Below, one piece after another: positions 48,914-60,113 of a stretch of DNA of 64,000 nucleotides. This DNA comes from Vampirovibrionaceae bacterium NZW_1234 (GTDB lineage Bacteria; Cyanobacteriota; Vampirovibrionia; Vampirovibrionales; JAGQHJ01): NCBI GenBank assembly GCA_041697335.1, contig JBGUGD010000001.1:79598-143597 (forward strand), given 5' to 3'. Numbering within the stretch: the first letter of the stretch is position 1; each line of letters starts with the position of its first letter. Below the pieces are notes generated by a model. The model did no database searches and was not told where the DNA came from. It saw only the letters and a program-made list of their open reading frames with translations. Made by a program: the position numbers and the translations under genes.

Positions 48914-49597
48914 ATGGATTTTGACATTTCGGTTTTACTGGACCAGCGGCAATTGATTGCCCAAGGTGTTGGCTATACCCTTGCTATCTCGCTTGTGAGC
49001 ATCCTGCTGGCCATGCTGATGGGCTTATTGGTGGCCTTTGGGCAATTGAATTTTACCCCGCTTCTGCAGTGGGGCATGAAGGCCTATGTCCAGTTTTTCC
49101 GAAATACGCCTTTGCTGATTCAGATCTATTTTTTTTATAAGGGACTTCCAAATCTGGGAGTGAATTGGCCTCCGGAGGTCTGTGGTGTTGTGGCGTTGTT
49201 TCTTCAGTCGGGGGCTTACATGGCTGAAATCTTCAGAACCGGCGTCGAGTCTATTCCGAAAGAGCAGGTGGAGAGCGCTCTATCACTTGGGTTTTCCAGG
49301 CTTCAAACTTTCGTTCAGGTCATTATACCCCAGGCGGTGCGGATTATTTTGCCGCCCCTTGGCAATCAATGTGTTGCGGTGATTAAAAACTCCTCACTGG
49401 TGGCCTTCATTACGGTTCCGGATCTGTTTTATGTGGTGTTTAACGGGGGCGCCGAGCATTTTCGGTATCTTGAATTCTTCCTGGCCGGCATCGTGGTCTA
49501 TATGATTCTGACCTTGATGGCGACCGGCCTGTTTCGTTTGCTGGAATACCAGCTTTCCCGTCGAGAGCGTCAATCTCAGGAGCCCTTGTATGTTTAA
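48914..49597 (+). CDS. amino acid ABC transporter permease
   Basis: EAA-loop region ...SLGFSRLQTFVQVIIPQA... Confidence 0.8.
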   Translation: MDFDISVLLDQRQLIAQGVGYTLAISLVSILLAMLMGLLVAFGQLNFTPLLQWGMKAYVQFFRNTPLLIQIYFFYKGLPNLGVNWPPEVCGVVALFLQSGAYMAEIFRTGVESIPKEQVESALSLGFSRLQTFVQVIIPQAVRIILPPLGNQCVAVIKNSSLVAFITVPDLFYVVFNGGAEHFRYLEFFLAGIVVYMILTLMATGLFRLLEYQLSRRERQSQEPLYV

Positions 49598-50273
49598 TTG
49601 GTTTCGCATTGACGATCTGATTCATTATGGCCCGTTGCTAGCCCATGGGTTAAGTTTGACGCTGTTTCTCTCCCTAACTGTGATGGTGACCTCACTATTT
49701 CTGGGGTTGCTGGTAGCCATCTGCCGCTATTATCGTCTGGTTGCAGTTCATGGGATACTGGAAGGGTATGTTTATCTGGTGCGCAGTATTCCCGTGGTGA
49801 TGCTGATAGCCCTGGTGCATTTTGGATTGCTGCCCGCCTTAGGCATTGAAAATTCATTTATGCTATCTGCCTTTGTGGGGTTATCTTTGTCGACAACGGC
49901 TTATGTGGCCGAGATTTTGCGAGGCGGCTTCACGACCATTCACCAGGAAGAATACGAAGCGGCCACCAGCTTGGGGCTCAATGTTTTTCAGCAGTTGCTC
50001 TATGTCCTGGTGCCGTTGGTCTTGTCCCGCATGATGCCGACCCTGGTGAATCAGTTTGTGACCTTGATTAAGGACACCTCGTTAGCCTCCATTATCGGGG
50101 TCATCGAGTTGACCCGGGCCTCGGAAATTGCTTATGAACACACCATGAGAGAAGCCACTATTTTGATTTTCGTGGCTCTGATTTACTTTGTGCTTTGCTA
50201 TGGTCTGTCTCGCTGGTCCCGGACACTGGAGAGCAAGAACGCCAAAGCGCTTCAGAATACAACGGCGGGTTAG
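49590..50273 (+). CDS. amino acid ABC transporter permease (second subunit)
   Basis: EAA-loop ...ATSLGLNVFQQLLYVLVP...; overlaps the upstream permease by 8 nt. Confidence 0.8.
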   Translation: MFNWFRIDDLIHYGPLLAHGLSLTLFLSLTVMVTSLFLGLLVAICRYYRLVAVHGILEGYVYLVRSIPVVMLIALVHFGLLPALGIENSFMLSAFVGLSLSTTAYVAEILRGGFTTIHQEEYEAATSLGLNVFQQLLYVLVPLVLSRMMPTLVNQFVTLIKDTSLASIIGVIELTRASEIAYEHTMREATILIFVALIYFVLCYGLSRWSRTLESKNAKALQNTTAG

Positions 50274-50337
50274 GTTTTTTTTGCCCATGACTTTGATTAC
50301 AATGAGACCAATGCCCCTAGCTCCTGTTGAGGTTTAG

Positions 50338-51114
50338 TTGATGACGTTTTCATCAGAACGCTTGTTCGTCGTGCTCTGCGCCGGCTTTGTCACAGCGTTG
50401 GTGATTGCCGATATTGTGGGTTCAAAGCTGATTGCCACGCCGGAGATCACGTTTCAGCTTCCTGACTGGCTGGCCCAGCTAGCTGGTCAACCCCAATGGG
50501 TCATTCCTTCTCTGGTGATGTCGGCTGGGATTATTCCCTTTCCCTTGACCTTTGTGTTGACCGATCTGATTAACGAGTTCTATGGCAAGAAAGGGGCCCG
50601 CTTTGTTACGTTTGTTGGCTTGGGAATGGCCATTTTTGCCGTGGGATTGCTCAGCATTACCCGGGTTATCCCGGCGACACCCAATTCACCCATTCCTCAT
50701 CAGGCTTTTGAGGCTGTTTTTGGTCTGTCTGGTCGGATGTTTTTAGCGTCTTTGACAGCCTACCTGATTGGCCAGTTTCTGGACATCCAGGTTTTTCATA
50801 CCCTTCGGCGGTTAACCAAAGAGAAGATGTTGTGGCTTCGAACCACAGGCTCTACGGTGATGTCCCAATTGATGGATTCATTGGTGGTAACCTTCGTCGC
50901 CTTTAGCGGCAAGCTGGCTTTTATTGATATTACCCATATCGCCATGAATAATTATGGGGTGAAGTTCTTGATTGCCTTGAGCTTAACTCCGATTTGCTAT
51001 CTGGGGCACTCGATTATTGTCAGCCTTCTGGGGTATCACCCCAGTTCTCGCTATCAGGCAGGGCACTCTCTGCCTGCTGAAATTTCTGCGGAGCCTGATA
51101 ACCTGGCAGTGTAG
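50338..51114 (+). CDS. YhhQ/Vut-family (DUF165) queuosine-precursor transporter-like membrane protein
   Basis: PFPLTFVLTDLINEFYGKKGAR motif of the YhhQ family. Confidence 0.55.
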   Translation: MMTFSSERLFVVLCAGFVTALVIADIVGSKLIATPEITFQLPDWLAQLAGQPQWVIPSLVMSAGIIPFPLTFVLTDLINEFYGKKGARFVTFVGLGMAIFAVGLLSITRVIPATPNSPIPHQAFEAVFGLSGRMFLASLTAYLIGQFLDIQVFHTLRRLTKEKMLWLRTTGSTVMSQLMDSLVVTFVAFSGKLAFIDITHIAMNNYGVKFLIALSLTPICYLGHSIIVSLLGYHPSSRYQAGHSLPAEISAEPDNLAV

Positions 51115-51368
51115 ATCTGGAAATGCCTGCTTGCCACTATGGTGTCGTCTTTTTTCAATAATTTACCTCGCTTTTCCTCATGCTAACTTCGCTGCAAGGG
51201 GTAAACCGTGTATCAACGCCACGTTTGTGCTATAACTGCCATGGTTCGCCCGAGGTCGGCGATGCTTGCCCCGTGTGGGGGCTCTGTGATGAATACTTGT
51301 AAATCATTTTCGAGTGTGTAAGATTGTAGAGTAATTCGTGTCTAGACAAAGAAGGAGATTCGTTTTTC

Positions 51369-52217
51369 ATGCCTGTCGCAACGTTACAAGAGTTATTGGA
51401 AGCCGGTGTGCACTTCGGCCACCAAACCAAGCGTTGGAACCCCAAAATGAAGCCGTACATCTGGGGCGAGCGCAACGGCATTTACATTATTGATTTGACC
51501 CAAACCACCCAACTCTTGAACGACGCATACGAGGTTGTCAAAAAGGCTGCCTCTCAGGGCAAGAAAATCGTTTTTGTTGGGACCAAAAAGCAAGCTGCCG
51601 ACATCGTGCAGGAAGAAGCCCAACGCTGCGGGGCCTACTTTATCAACCGTCGCTGGCTGGGTGGCACCTTGACGAACTTTGAAACCATCCGCACCCGGAT
51701 CAACAAGCTGCGTGAGCTGGAAGACATGAAAGCCAGCGGGCACTTCGATCGCTTGCCGAAGAAAGAAGTGGCTGTCCTGACTCGCCAGTTGACCAAACTG
51801 GAACGCTCCTTGGGCGGTGTTAAAGAAATGCGTGGCATGCCTGACCTGCTCTTCATCGTGGACCAGAAACGTGAATTGAACGCTGTCCTGGAAGCCAACA
51901 AGGCGGGTGTTCCGGTTGTGGCCGTTGTGGATACCAACTGCGATCCCGACAAGATTGACTATGTCATTCCTGGTAACGATGATGCCATTCGGGCGATCCG
52001 CTTGATTACCCGCACCATTGCCGATGCTGTTCTGGAAGGCAAGCAAATGCGCTCTGCTGAAATGACGGCTCGCGGTACTGCTGGTGGTCCGATCCAGGCC
52101 GAAGACTTTGAAGGTGCTCCGCAAGACGACCAAAAGCCTGCTTCTGAAGAAGCTCCGGCTGGCGCTGTTGAAGACGCCGCCCCGGCTGAGGCTGTTGAAG
52201 AAGAGCCTGTTTCCTAG
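51369..52217 (+). CDS. rpsB: 30S ribosomal protein S2
   Basis: [19 protein letters not shown]. Confidence 0.95.
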   Translation: MPVATLQELLEAGVHFGHQTKRWNPKMKPYIWGERNGIYIIDLTQTTQLLNDAYEVVKKAASQGKKIVFVGTKKQAADIVQEEAQRCGAYFINRRWLGGTLTNFETIRTRINKLRELEDMKASGHFDRLPKKEVAVLTRQLTKLERSLGGVKEMRGMPDLLFIVDQKRELNAVLEANKAGVPVVAVVDTNCDPDKIDYVIPGNDDAIRAIRLITRTIADAVLEGKQMRSAEMTARGTAGGPIQAEDFEGAPQDDQKPASEEAPAGAVEDAAPAEAVEEEPVS

Positions 52218-52297
52218 GCCGACCCTTTGCATTCGGCCCTCCACCCCAACCACAACCTATAGCATTGACCCTCGTAGGAGATAAGGAAGTGACTACT

Positions 52298-53233
52298 ATG
52301 ACTCAAATTTCTGCCAGCATGGTAAAAGAACTCCGTGAGAAAACCGGCGCTGGTATGATGGACGCCAAGAATGCGCTCATCGAAGCCTCTGGTGATATGG
52401 AGCGTGCCGCTGAAATCCTGAGACAAAAAGGGATTCTGACTGCAGAGAAGAAAAGTGGTCGTGCGGCCGCTGAAGGGCAAGTGCTGGCCAAGTTGAGCGC
52501 TGACAACAAACAAGGCGTCCTCTTGGAAGTGAATTGCGAAACCGATTTCGTGGCCCGCGGCGAAGATTTCCAAACCCTGGCCAACCAGTTGCTCGATCAA
52601 GTGATGCAGTCTTCTGCCGCTGATGTGGATGCGATGAATGCCGAGAAAGCGCTTGCCGATCCCAGCAAGACCGTTTCCGAGATGGTGAAGGAACGTATTG
52701 GGGTTATCAAGGAAAACATCACCCTGCGTCGTTTTGCTCGCTTCAGCGTGGCTCAGAACGGCTATGTTCAGTCTTACATCCACACAGGTGGTAAAATCGG
52801 CGTGCTGCTCGAATTAACCACCGGCTCCGATGCGAGCAAGAACGAAGCACTGGTTCAGTTGACCAAGGACCTGGCGATGCACATTGCCAGCTCTGCCCCT
52901 GAGTTCTTGACCCGTGATGATATCCCGGCTTCGGTTATCGAAGAAGAGAAGCGCATCGAAATGGGCAAAGAAGACCTGCAAAGCAAGCCTGTTGATATTC
53001 GTGAAAAAATCGTTTCTGGCCGTATCGATAAGATTCTGGGCCAGCGCGTGTTATTGGAACAGCCCTTCGTGAAAGATCCCAGCAAAACCGTAGCTGATCT
53101 CGTCAAAGAGACCGCCTCTCAGTTGGGAACTACCGTTGAGTTGAAGCAGTTCGTCCGTTACCTGTTGGGTGAAGGCCTTGAGAAGCGTGAAGACAACTTC
53201 GCTGCCGAGGTTATGGCCCAAATTAAAGGGTAA
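52298..53233 (+). CDS. tsf: elongation factor Ts
   Basis: MVKELREKTGAGMMDAKNAL; GGAG RBS before the ATG at 52298. Confidence 0.9.
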   Translation: MTQISASMVKELREKTGAGMMDAKNALIEASGDMERAAEILRQKGILTAEKKSGRAAAEGQVLAKLSADNKQGVLLEVNCETDFVARGEDFQTLANQLLDQVMQSSAADVDAMNAEKALADPSKTVSEMVKERIGVIKENITLRRFARFSVAQNGYVQSYIHTGGKIGVLLELTTGSDASKNEALVQLTKDLAMHIASSAPEFLTRDDIPASVIEEEKRIEMGKEDLQSKPVDIREKIVSGRIDKILGQRVLLEQPFVKDPSKTVADLVKETASQLGTTVELKQFVRYLLGEGLEKREDNFAAEVMAQIKG

Positions 53234-53242
53234 TGGGACACG

Positions 53243-54028
53243 ATGCCGACCAATACTGACGCCACCGACACTGTCACCTCCACCCCGCTCGACGACACCG
53301 ACAAGTCAGCGCTCAAGTACCGCCGTGTTCTGTTAAAGATCAGTGGCGAGGCCTTGATGGGTGATCAAGGGTTCGGAATTAAGCCGGAAGTGGTTGAGGC
53401 CATTGCCGACGAAATTTATAAAGGTGTCGCTCTGGGTGCAGAAATCGCCATTGTGGTTGGCGGCGGAAACATCTTCCGGGGTGTTCAAAACAGCGCCAAG
53501 CTGGGCATGGATAGAGCCGCTGCCGATTATGTCGGCATGTTGGCCACGGTGATGAACAGCTTGATTCTGCAAGGCATTCTCAAGAAAAAAGGCCTTCAAA
53601 TTCGGGTCTTGAGTGCCATTGCCATGGATCGTGTTGCAGAGCCCTACATTCGTCTTCGAGCGATACGTCACCTTCAGAAAGGGCGTGTGGTCATTTTTGG
53701 CGCCGGAACCGGGAACCCGTTCTTTTCGACGGATACCACTGCGGCGTTGCGGGCTGCTGAAATCAGCGCCGATGTCATTCTGATGGCCAAGAACAATGTG
53801 GATGGGGTGTATGACAAGGACCCCAATCAACATAGTGATGCCCAGAAGTTTGAGACGCTGACCTATGATGAGCTGATGATACGGAACCTCAAGGTCATGG
53901 ATCAGACGGCGGTGACCCTGTGCAAGGACACCAAAATGCCCATTATCGTCTTTGACTTTGCCAAACAGGATGCCATCAGCAATATTCTCACCGGCAAATC
54001 CGAAGGATCCTTTATCGGTCCCGCTTAA
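53243..54028 (+). CDS. pyrH: UMP kinase
   Basis: [13 protein letters not shown]...GGGNIFRG. Confidence 0.9.
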   Translation: MPTNTDATDTVTSTPLDDTDKSALKYRRVLLKISGEALMGDQGFGIKPEVVEAIADEIYKGVALGAEIAIVVGGGNIFRGVQNSAKLGMDRAAADYVGMLATVMNSLILQGILKKKGLQIRVLSAIAMDRVAEPYIRLRAIRHLQKGRVVIFGAGTGNPFFSTDTTAALRAAEISADVILMAKNNVDGVYDKDPNQHSDAQKFETLTYDELMIRNLKVMDQTAVTLCKDTKMPIIVFDFAKQDAISNILTGKSEGSFIGPA

Positions 54029-54331
54029 GATCGTTTTGCTGCATCTGTTTAGCCTGTTTGGCGAGTTCGTATTTCTGGAATGGCGCTCTGTTGAACAATG
54101 CTAAACCGGCGTCATTTTAAACTTTCTGCTGTTTTTTCCTGCCGCGAGTCGGTTTACGGCAGAAGAACTGGGGCTTAAGCATGTCTTAAACACCCTGAAA
54201 TTAATCTAAAGCCTATGTCGAAGTAGCATCATTTTATAAATGATTGTTTTTATAATTATGAATTAAGACTTTACCGTATGTGCTTTGGGATATTCGGCAG
54301 TGAAGATGTAAGCGTGAAAGGACCTTGAGAC

Positions 54332-54724
54332 ATGGTTGTAAGTTTAAATGGCGGCCGTTCTGCACAACCTGCAGGGGGCGGTATTCGAGGAGATCTCCAG
54401 CAAAAAGTCAATCAACTGGAATCCATGGTACAGCAACAGATTCAAAACCCCGGTGAGCAACGACGTATCCTGGGGGCGCTGCAAAATGTGAAGTCCGGTA
54501 CGGATTTATCCGATGCCTTGAGTAGCTTGTCGGGAAAAGAGAAAACGGACTTGGCCAATCTCATTGCCTCCGTGGCGGAACCCCCCGAAGAGCTCAAAGA
54601 GTATTGTACGGTCGATAAAAACTGGAGCGAAGGCCAGGAAGATGACTGTGCCTTGCGTCAGGTTGAAACGGCTGAAAAAGAAGGGACCAAAGACGCGGGC
54701 GGCCTGATGAACATGATGGCATGA
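54332..54724 (+). CDS. hypothetical protein (130 aa)
   Basis: ORF only. Confidence 0.35.
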   Translation: MVVSLNGGRSAQPAGGGIRGDLQQKVNQLESMVQQQIQNPGEQRRILGALQNVKSGTDLSDALSSLSGKEKTDLANLIASVAEPPEELKEYCTVDKNWSEGQEDDCALRQVETAEKEGTKDAGGLMNMMA

Positions 54725-54824
54725 ACCCTCTTGGGTGCGCCCAGAACATAACGCCGGACGAAACTTCTAGCCCCCCCCCGCAACCAAGCTCTCTCTTCTA
54801 AAGTCAAAGGCCCCATTCTTCAGA

Positions 54825-55535
54825 CTAACTGTGTTTTGAGCTTTCGATAAGGCCGCTTTGCAGGGCTTTTACGGCTGCCTGAGTCCGGTCATCGACTGCC
54901 AGTTTCTGGATGAGGTTACGCACATGGGCTTTGACCGTATAGATAGAGATGCACAGAATATCCGCGATTTCTTTGTTGCTCTTGCCTTGGGCAATCAATT
55001 CCAGGACTTCCGTTTCCCGTTCCGAGAGGTCATTATGGGGGTTAGGTTCTATTACGGGAGGGGACTGTCGGTCTTTCCCAACGCCCGGGCGTTGTTGAAG
55101 CACCAAAGCCACTTTGCGGGCGATGGCCGGATCCAGCCAAACGGCACCATCTTTTACGGTTTCAATGACATGAATCAGGCGCTCGGTCTTAATGTCTTTC
55201 AGGCAATAGGCATCGGCCTGGGCCGCGAGAGAGGCATAGATTTCCTCGTCAATTTGACGGGAGGTTAAAATCACAACCTTGGTTTCGGGGTACAGCGACT
55301 TGATTTTCTGGGTGGCTTCAATGCCATCAAGCTCCGGCATTTCAATATCCATCAGGATAACGTCGGGTTGGAGCTTTTCTGCAAGGGCCAGGGCTTCCAG
55401 CCCATTTTGCGCTTCGGCAACGATGTTAAACGAGCTCTTACTTTGGAGCGAAAAGCTCAGGCCCGTTCGGGTAAATTCATGGTCATCCACAACCATGACC
55501 TTGAGGGGTTTTTGATCTGAATCGGGGGTTACCAT
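54825..55535 (-). CDS. response regulator, NarL/LuxR family (REC + HTH_LuxR)
   Basis: KVMVVDDHEFTR...DVILMDIEMPELDG...; C-terminal LSERETEVLELIAQGKSNKEIA; start taken at MVTPD, 8 nt after the kinase stop. Confidence 0.8.
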   Translation of the reverse strand: MVTPDSDQKPLKVMVVDDHEFTRTGLSFSLQSKSSFNIVAEAQNGLEALALAEKLQPDVILMDIEMPELDGIEATQKIKSLYPETKVVILTSRQIDEEIYASLAAQADAYCLKDIKTERLIHVIETVKDGAVWLDPAIARKVALVLQQRPGVGKDRQSPPVIEPNPHNDLSERETEVLELIAQGKSNKEIADILCISIYTVKAHVRNLIQKLAVDDRTQAAVKALQSGLIESSKHS

Positions 55536-55542
55536 AAAGGGC

Positions 55543-57837
55543 CTATTCCTTTCGTTCGTCATTGGGGAGTACGATGGTGAAGCAGGTTCCCTTGTTCGGG
55601 ACGGTGTCGACCTCAATGCTTCCCTGGTGCAGTTCGACAATCATTTTACAAATGTATAATCCCAAGCCTGTTCCAATTTTACGACGAGCCTGATCGCCTT
55701 TGTAGTACTGTTCGAAGATATAGGGCAAGATTTCCGGCGGAATCCCCGGGCCGGTATCTTGCACAATGAGCCGTGAACTCCGGGGGCCGTGGGTGAGGCT
55801 AATGGAAATGCTGGAACCTGATGGGCAATTCTGTAGTGCGTTGCCGATGAGGTTGGTTAACACCCGTTTCATCAGCAGATAATCCGCCAATAGGGGAGCC
55901 GAATGATTTGGAATATCGTTGATGAGCTCGATACCTTTGGCTTTGGATAATTCCTGGAGTTCAATGAAGCTTTCCTCAATCAGCACGTGGGGTGAAATGT
56001 TCTGCTTGTACGCTTTGGTAACCCCTTCTTCCAGTTGGTAGACATCCAAGAGCCGGTTAACCATGTCCAGCAAGCTGCTGTTGTTCTTGATAAACCCGTC
56101 CAGAAGCGAAAATAACCGCTTGTCTTCAGAAAAAGGAGAATTCTCATGCAGGACTTCCAGAATACGCTGCTGAGCAATCAAGGGGGTGCGTAGGTCATGG
56201 GTCAGGGCGGACACAAATTTTCGACGTTGCTTGGTTTTCTGGTTCAGCCTTTCCAGGGCGTCCAAGTACTGGTCTTCCAGCAGCTTGCGATCCGTAAAGT
56301 CCCGCGCCACGGCATAAATGTAGTCTTTGTTGCTATCAGAACTGGCATTCCACAGCAGCCATTTTAACGTTCCATCCTTGCAGATATAGCGGTTCTCGAA
56401 GTTGGTGACGGTTCGCCCCTGGGCCAAGGCGCTCATGACGTGGAGGGTGCGATCATGATCATCCGGGTGAACAAAATTCATAAAGGGCGAGCCCAGGAGT
56501 TCGGCCTCGCTATAACCTAAAATTCGACTAAACTCCGGGTTAACCTGATGGAAATAGCCGTCGGCCCTGGCCACGCACATCATATCGGCGGACAGGGAAA
56601 AGAGATTCTCAATTTGTCGAAGTTGGTGCGTGGTGTGCTTTAGTTCGTCTTCCAACTGCTTGCGTTGATTCATGTCTCGAACAAAGCAGAAATAGCCCAG
56701 GGTTTCTCCATTGACATCGACACTTTTAACCAGCGCAATGGCCTGATGGGTGAGCGAGCCATCTTTTCGAATCAATCGGGCTTCTACGTCGATGCGGTCC
56801 TGGGTAAAGAGTTTTTCACCGGCTTTAACCAGCGCTGGTCTGTCATCGGGGTAAACAAAGGGTTCCCAAAACAGGCCAACCAATTCTTGGGGCTGGTATC
56901 CCAGCTCACGGGCATAGGTTTGGTTGACGGATAAATAGTGGCCCTGGCTGTCCATAATACTGATGCCTTCCAAGGCATTGTCCATAACCACGGCATAGCG
57001 CTGGAGAATGGTGTGCATCCGCTTTTGCTCGGTAATATCCTCGGAAATGCCCAATAAATAGGCCGGTTCGTGATTTTCATCGAATAAAGGCACCTTTTTC
57101 GTGTGCAACAAGCGTACTGCGCCATCCTGAACCGTAATGCGTTCTTCCGGAATGTCATGAAGGATTTTGTGGTTGAGCACGTCTCTGTCTGCGGAGGTAA
57201 AGAATTGAGCCTGCTCTGCCGGAAAGACGTCGAAGTCGTTTTTACCCAGCAAATGCTCTCGCTGGATGCCCAGGAGATCTTCGCCTGCTTTATTGATGAG
57301 GACAAACCGAAGCTCTTTGGATTCTTTGACAAAGACCATGTTGGGGATATTTTCCACAATGGAGTTCAGCAGTCTCAGCTCATCCTGGGTATTTTGCGAC
57401 GAGGTGAGGCTTTGCACCGTGATTTCCTCACAAGTACCCATGGCCTGACGCAATTGACCCGACTCATCGAAGACCGGCCACAGGGTAATCTCGTGCATCA
57501 CCGGGCCTTTGTGGGGGTGGGTGGACGAGAGGCGTTGCCGGAAGGTTCGGTTGGCCTTTAACGTTGAAATCAGTTCTTGGATAAAGGCTTGTGGGGGTGC
57601 AGGCGAATAGAATTCGGTCAAAGGAAGGGGTAATGCGCTTTGTTGAACCTGGGGCAGCAGGTCACTGAATTCGGGGCTTACATAGGAAACACAGGGGACA
57701 GGAAAAATCGGGCTGAGGGTGAACATGCCTTTTACAGGAACGCTCTCTTGAGCATGGGTGCTCGAGCACTTCGGAACGTGTTGCTGGTGTTGTTGAGAAT
57801 GCGGGGACATGCGATTGAATGTAACCTGTATTGGCAC
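55543..57837 (-). CDS. cytoplasmic multi-PAS sensor histidine kinase
   Basis: Several PAS/PAC segments, H-box THDLRTPL, G-box GTGLGLYICK; no TM segment. Confidence 0.8.
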   Translation of the reverse strand: MPIQVTFNRMSPHSQQHQQHVPKCSSTHAQESVPVKGMFTLSPIFPVPCVSYVSPEFSDLLPQVQQSALPLPLTEFYSPAPPQAFIQELISTLKANRTFRQRLSSTHPHKGPVMHEITLWPVFDESGQLRQAMGTCEEITVQSLTSSQNTQDELRLLNSIVENIPNMVFVKESKELRFVLINKAGEDLLGIQREHLLGKNDFDVFPAEQAQFFTSADRDVLNHKILHDIPEERITVQDGAVRLLHTKKVPLFDENHEPAYLLGISEDITEQKRMHTILQRYAVVMDNALEGISIMDSQGHYLSVNQTYARELGYQPQELVGLFWEPFVYPDDRPALVKAGEKLFTQDRIDVEARLIRKDGSLTHQAIALVKSVDVNGETLGYFCFVRDMNQRKQLEDELKHTTHQLRQIENLFSLSADMMCVARADGYFHQVNPEFSRILGYSEAELLGSPFMNFVHPDDHDRTLHVMSALAQGRTVTNFENRYICKDGTLKWLLWNASSDSNKDYIYAVARDFTDRKLLEDQYLDALERLNQKTKQRRKFVSALTHDLRTPLIAQQRILEVLHENSPFSEDKRLFSLLDGFIKNNSSLLDMVNRLLDVYQLEEGVTKAYKQNISPHVLIEESFIELQELSKAKGIELINDIPNHSAPLLADYLLMKRVLTNLIGNALQNCPSGSSISISLTHGPRSSRLIVQDTGPGIPPEILPYIFEQYYKGDQARRKIGTGLGLYICKMIVELHQGSIEVDTVPNKGTCFTIVLPNDERKE

Positions 57838-58070
57838 TAACCGGACTTTGGAGCCCTATGTTTATTATACAAAATACAAAACCCACCTCGGTCGGGCTTG
57901 CCCCAATCCAAGGCTGCAGGCTTGACGCTTCCCAAGGGTTGGTAATAAGGGCTTATGCCTAGTGTATAGTGCTTTACACAAAAAAACGAGTTTCACTCCA
58001 TTGCGAACGTCATGCAAGAGGCATCCCTGTTTTCAGTTTTAGGGCCGTTTGGGCTTGAGATTACTTGCCG

Positions 58071-58601
58071 TTAGTGGGTTTGGCTGACCCCAAAGGAGGT
58101 ATACTCCTCGCTTATATCCGGGATGTCTCCGGGTGCTTCCTGGGGCTGCAAGACTTTGGCACTCGGGGTCAGATCCCGTTGCAGGAGGCTTTGGAAACGG
58201 TCCAGGTCGTCAACGACGAGCAACTCCAAATGCGGATAGTGGCGCTTTTTAAACTCCTGGGAACGGGGATTTCGCTCATCCACGCAAATGCTATAGGTCA
58301 TCCGGCAGGCGGTCGTATCGATGGCTTCAAAATGCACCTGAATGGACAGGGCGACCGGTCCATTGGGTTCGCTCTGCCACGATAGGGTTTCCGGAAAATC
58401 CAGGGTATCCCGGCGCATCTTCCAGTGATACTGACGCTGATCCGTTCCGGTTTCGAACCATTCAAACACGTTGGGGGCTTTCGTTGGGCGCACGTCTGTG
58501 ACTCGGTTCATAAAGCGAGGGATATTGTCCGGATTGGCCATAAAGGTATAACACAACGCTTGAGGGGCTTTGACCATCAATATCTTGGTTACCGAATCCA
58601 T
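58071..58601 (-). CDS. hypothetical protein, possibly SRPBCC/polyketide-cyclase-like fold
   Basis: Weak pattern only. Confidence 0.3.
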   Translation of the reverse strand: MDSVTKILMVKAPQALCYTFMANPDNIPRFMNRVTDVRPTKAPNVFEWFETGTDQRQYHWKMRRDTLDFPETLSWQSEPNGPVALSIQVHFEAIDTTACRMTYSICVDERNPRSQEFKKRHYPHLELLVVDDLDRFQSLLQRDLTPSAKVLQPQEAPGDIPDISEEYTSFGVSQTH

Positions 58602-58908
58602 TTTTCACCCTCCTCGTCTCTGTTGCTTCTCTCGTCGTGGAAAGACACACGTAGGGGTAGTGTAAGGGGTGCCCCCCAGAAATGCTATTCCAATGCAGGG
58701 CAATTTGTTGCTTATGGTGGCAGTGCCGGGTTCGCTTTTGAGGAGAGTCTTCGCCACAGGGGCTTGCTAAATTCCTCATTAGCGTAGCGCAATGATATTA
58801 TCATGGAATGCCTAAGGCTGCTTTCAGAGGCGCTCACGCCAGGTCGAAATTGCTCTTCCTGCTAATAGAGGCATGTCGGGTGATCGTATACGATAGGCCA
58901 CTGAAAAA

Positions 58909-59451
58909 GTGTCTTTTTCGATATGTCGCGTAATAACTTCAAAAAAGGAGTGTCGGATGATGCTACGAAGATTAGGTTTTCTCTCTCTCGGGCTGTCGAT
59001 GGTGATGTCAATTTTTATGACAAATCCTGCGATGGCATTGAACGATGATGTGGCCGCAACGCTGACGATGACCCGGCAAGGTGCAGGCGAATTTGTGGTG
59101 GATGATTTGGATGTGGGTGATACCCTGATCCTGACCCTGGTGAATCCTACAAACAAGCCGTTGCAGTTCGAAACCACGGAAAACGTCTTTAACCAGAAGA
59201 GCTTTGTGGTTCCGGCCAATAGCCAGCGAGTCGTGACCTTTAATTACACCAAGCCGTTTTCCGATGATGTGACCTACGTAATTCGTGAAGTGGCTCCTTC
59301 CAATGTGGAAGTTGCCCGCAACGTCCTGATTCATCGTGAAACCACCACACAAACCACCCAGACGGGCCCCAACCAATATACTGAAACACAAACCACCCGA
59401 ACCACCACCACACAAACCGGTGGAACCACCAACGTCCGGGGCTACTGGTAA
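58909..59451 (+). CDS. secreted hypothetical protein with Thr/Gln-rich C-terminus
   Basis: Signal peptide MMLRRLGFLSLGLSMVMSIFMTNPAMA. Confidence 0.45.
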   Translation: MSFSICRVITSKKECRMMLRRLGFLSLGLSMVMSIFMTNPAMALNDDVAATLTMTRQGAGEFVVDDLDVGDTLILTLVNPTNKPLQFETTENVFNQKSFVVPANSQRVVTFNYTKPFSDDVTYVIREVAPSNVEVARNVLIHRETTTQTTQTGPNQYTETQTTRTTTTQTGGTTNVRGYW

Positions 59452-59537
59452 GTCTCTGACATTTTTGATGAGAAACAAAACGAGCGGTTCTGAAGAAGAA
59501 CCGCTCGTTTAAATTTTACTGAATCCGACAGGTGGGT

Positions 59538-60113
59538 TTAGAGTCGGGTAATTTTGGTGCCTTCCAGGCTGAGGTTATACATCAACCCCTTCTGGTCGGT
59601 CACAAAGGCCACAACCGGTTTGTTCTCCAAACTTTTGGTATCGATGTTCCCTTCGGCCCCAACGGTAATGACGGCAACCGAAGCATCCAAACCAATCTCC
59701 CAACCCTTGCTGTTTAAGAACTCATTCAAAGCTTGCTGGGTTAAGAAAGCCAGGATAACCGACTTGCGCTGTCCACCCAGCTGAAACCCGACGGAACCGG
59801 AGGTCATCCGATAGAAGCCGTGTTCCTTGCCTTTAATCATCAGGGCTCCTTTACCGTATTCTCCGCCAATGGCAAAGATACCGGCCTGATAGACCTTGGG
59901 GAAAACTAATACACCAGCCGCCCGTTGAACAACGTTGTAGGCGCTACGGTTTTTTTCCTGAAGATTCTGTAAGGTATCCCGGGCATCTTCGCGGATCCGT
60001 GATTTGGATTGGGCTTCAGCACTGGGCATCATAAAGAAGATGCTGGCCAGTAACGCCATGATAAACGTAAGCGCTGCAACGCGCTTGAATGAACTCAATT
60101 TGAATCGTTTCAT
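59538..60113 (-). CDS. SYLF (Ysc84/DUF500) domain lipid-binding protein, exported
   Basis: Signal peptide plus GIFAIGGEYGKGALMIKGK...SVGFQLGGQ SYLF-type motifs. Confidence 0.55.
   Translation of the reverse strand: MKRFKLSSFKRVAALTFIMALLASIFFMMPSAEAQSKSRIREDARDTLQNLQEKNRSAYNVVQRAAGVLVFPKVYQAGIFAIGGEYGKGALMIKGKEHGFYRMTSGSVGFQLGGQRKSVILAFLTQQALNEFLNSKGWEIGLDASVAVITVGAEGNIDTKSLENKPVVAFVTDQKGLMYNLSLEGTKITRL

Noticed and set aside
50274-50337. preQ1 riboswitch upstream of the YhhQ-family gene
   Set aside because: No AAAAAACUA-type preQ1-I tail or recognisable preQ1-II features.
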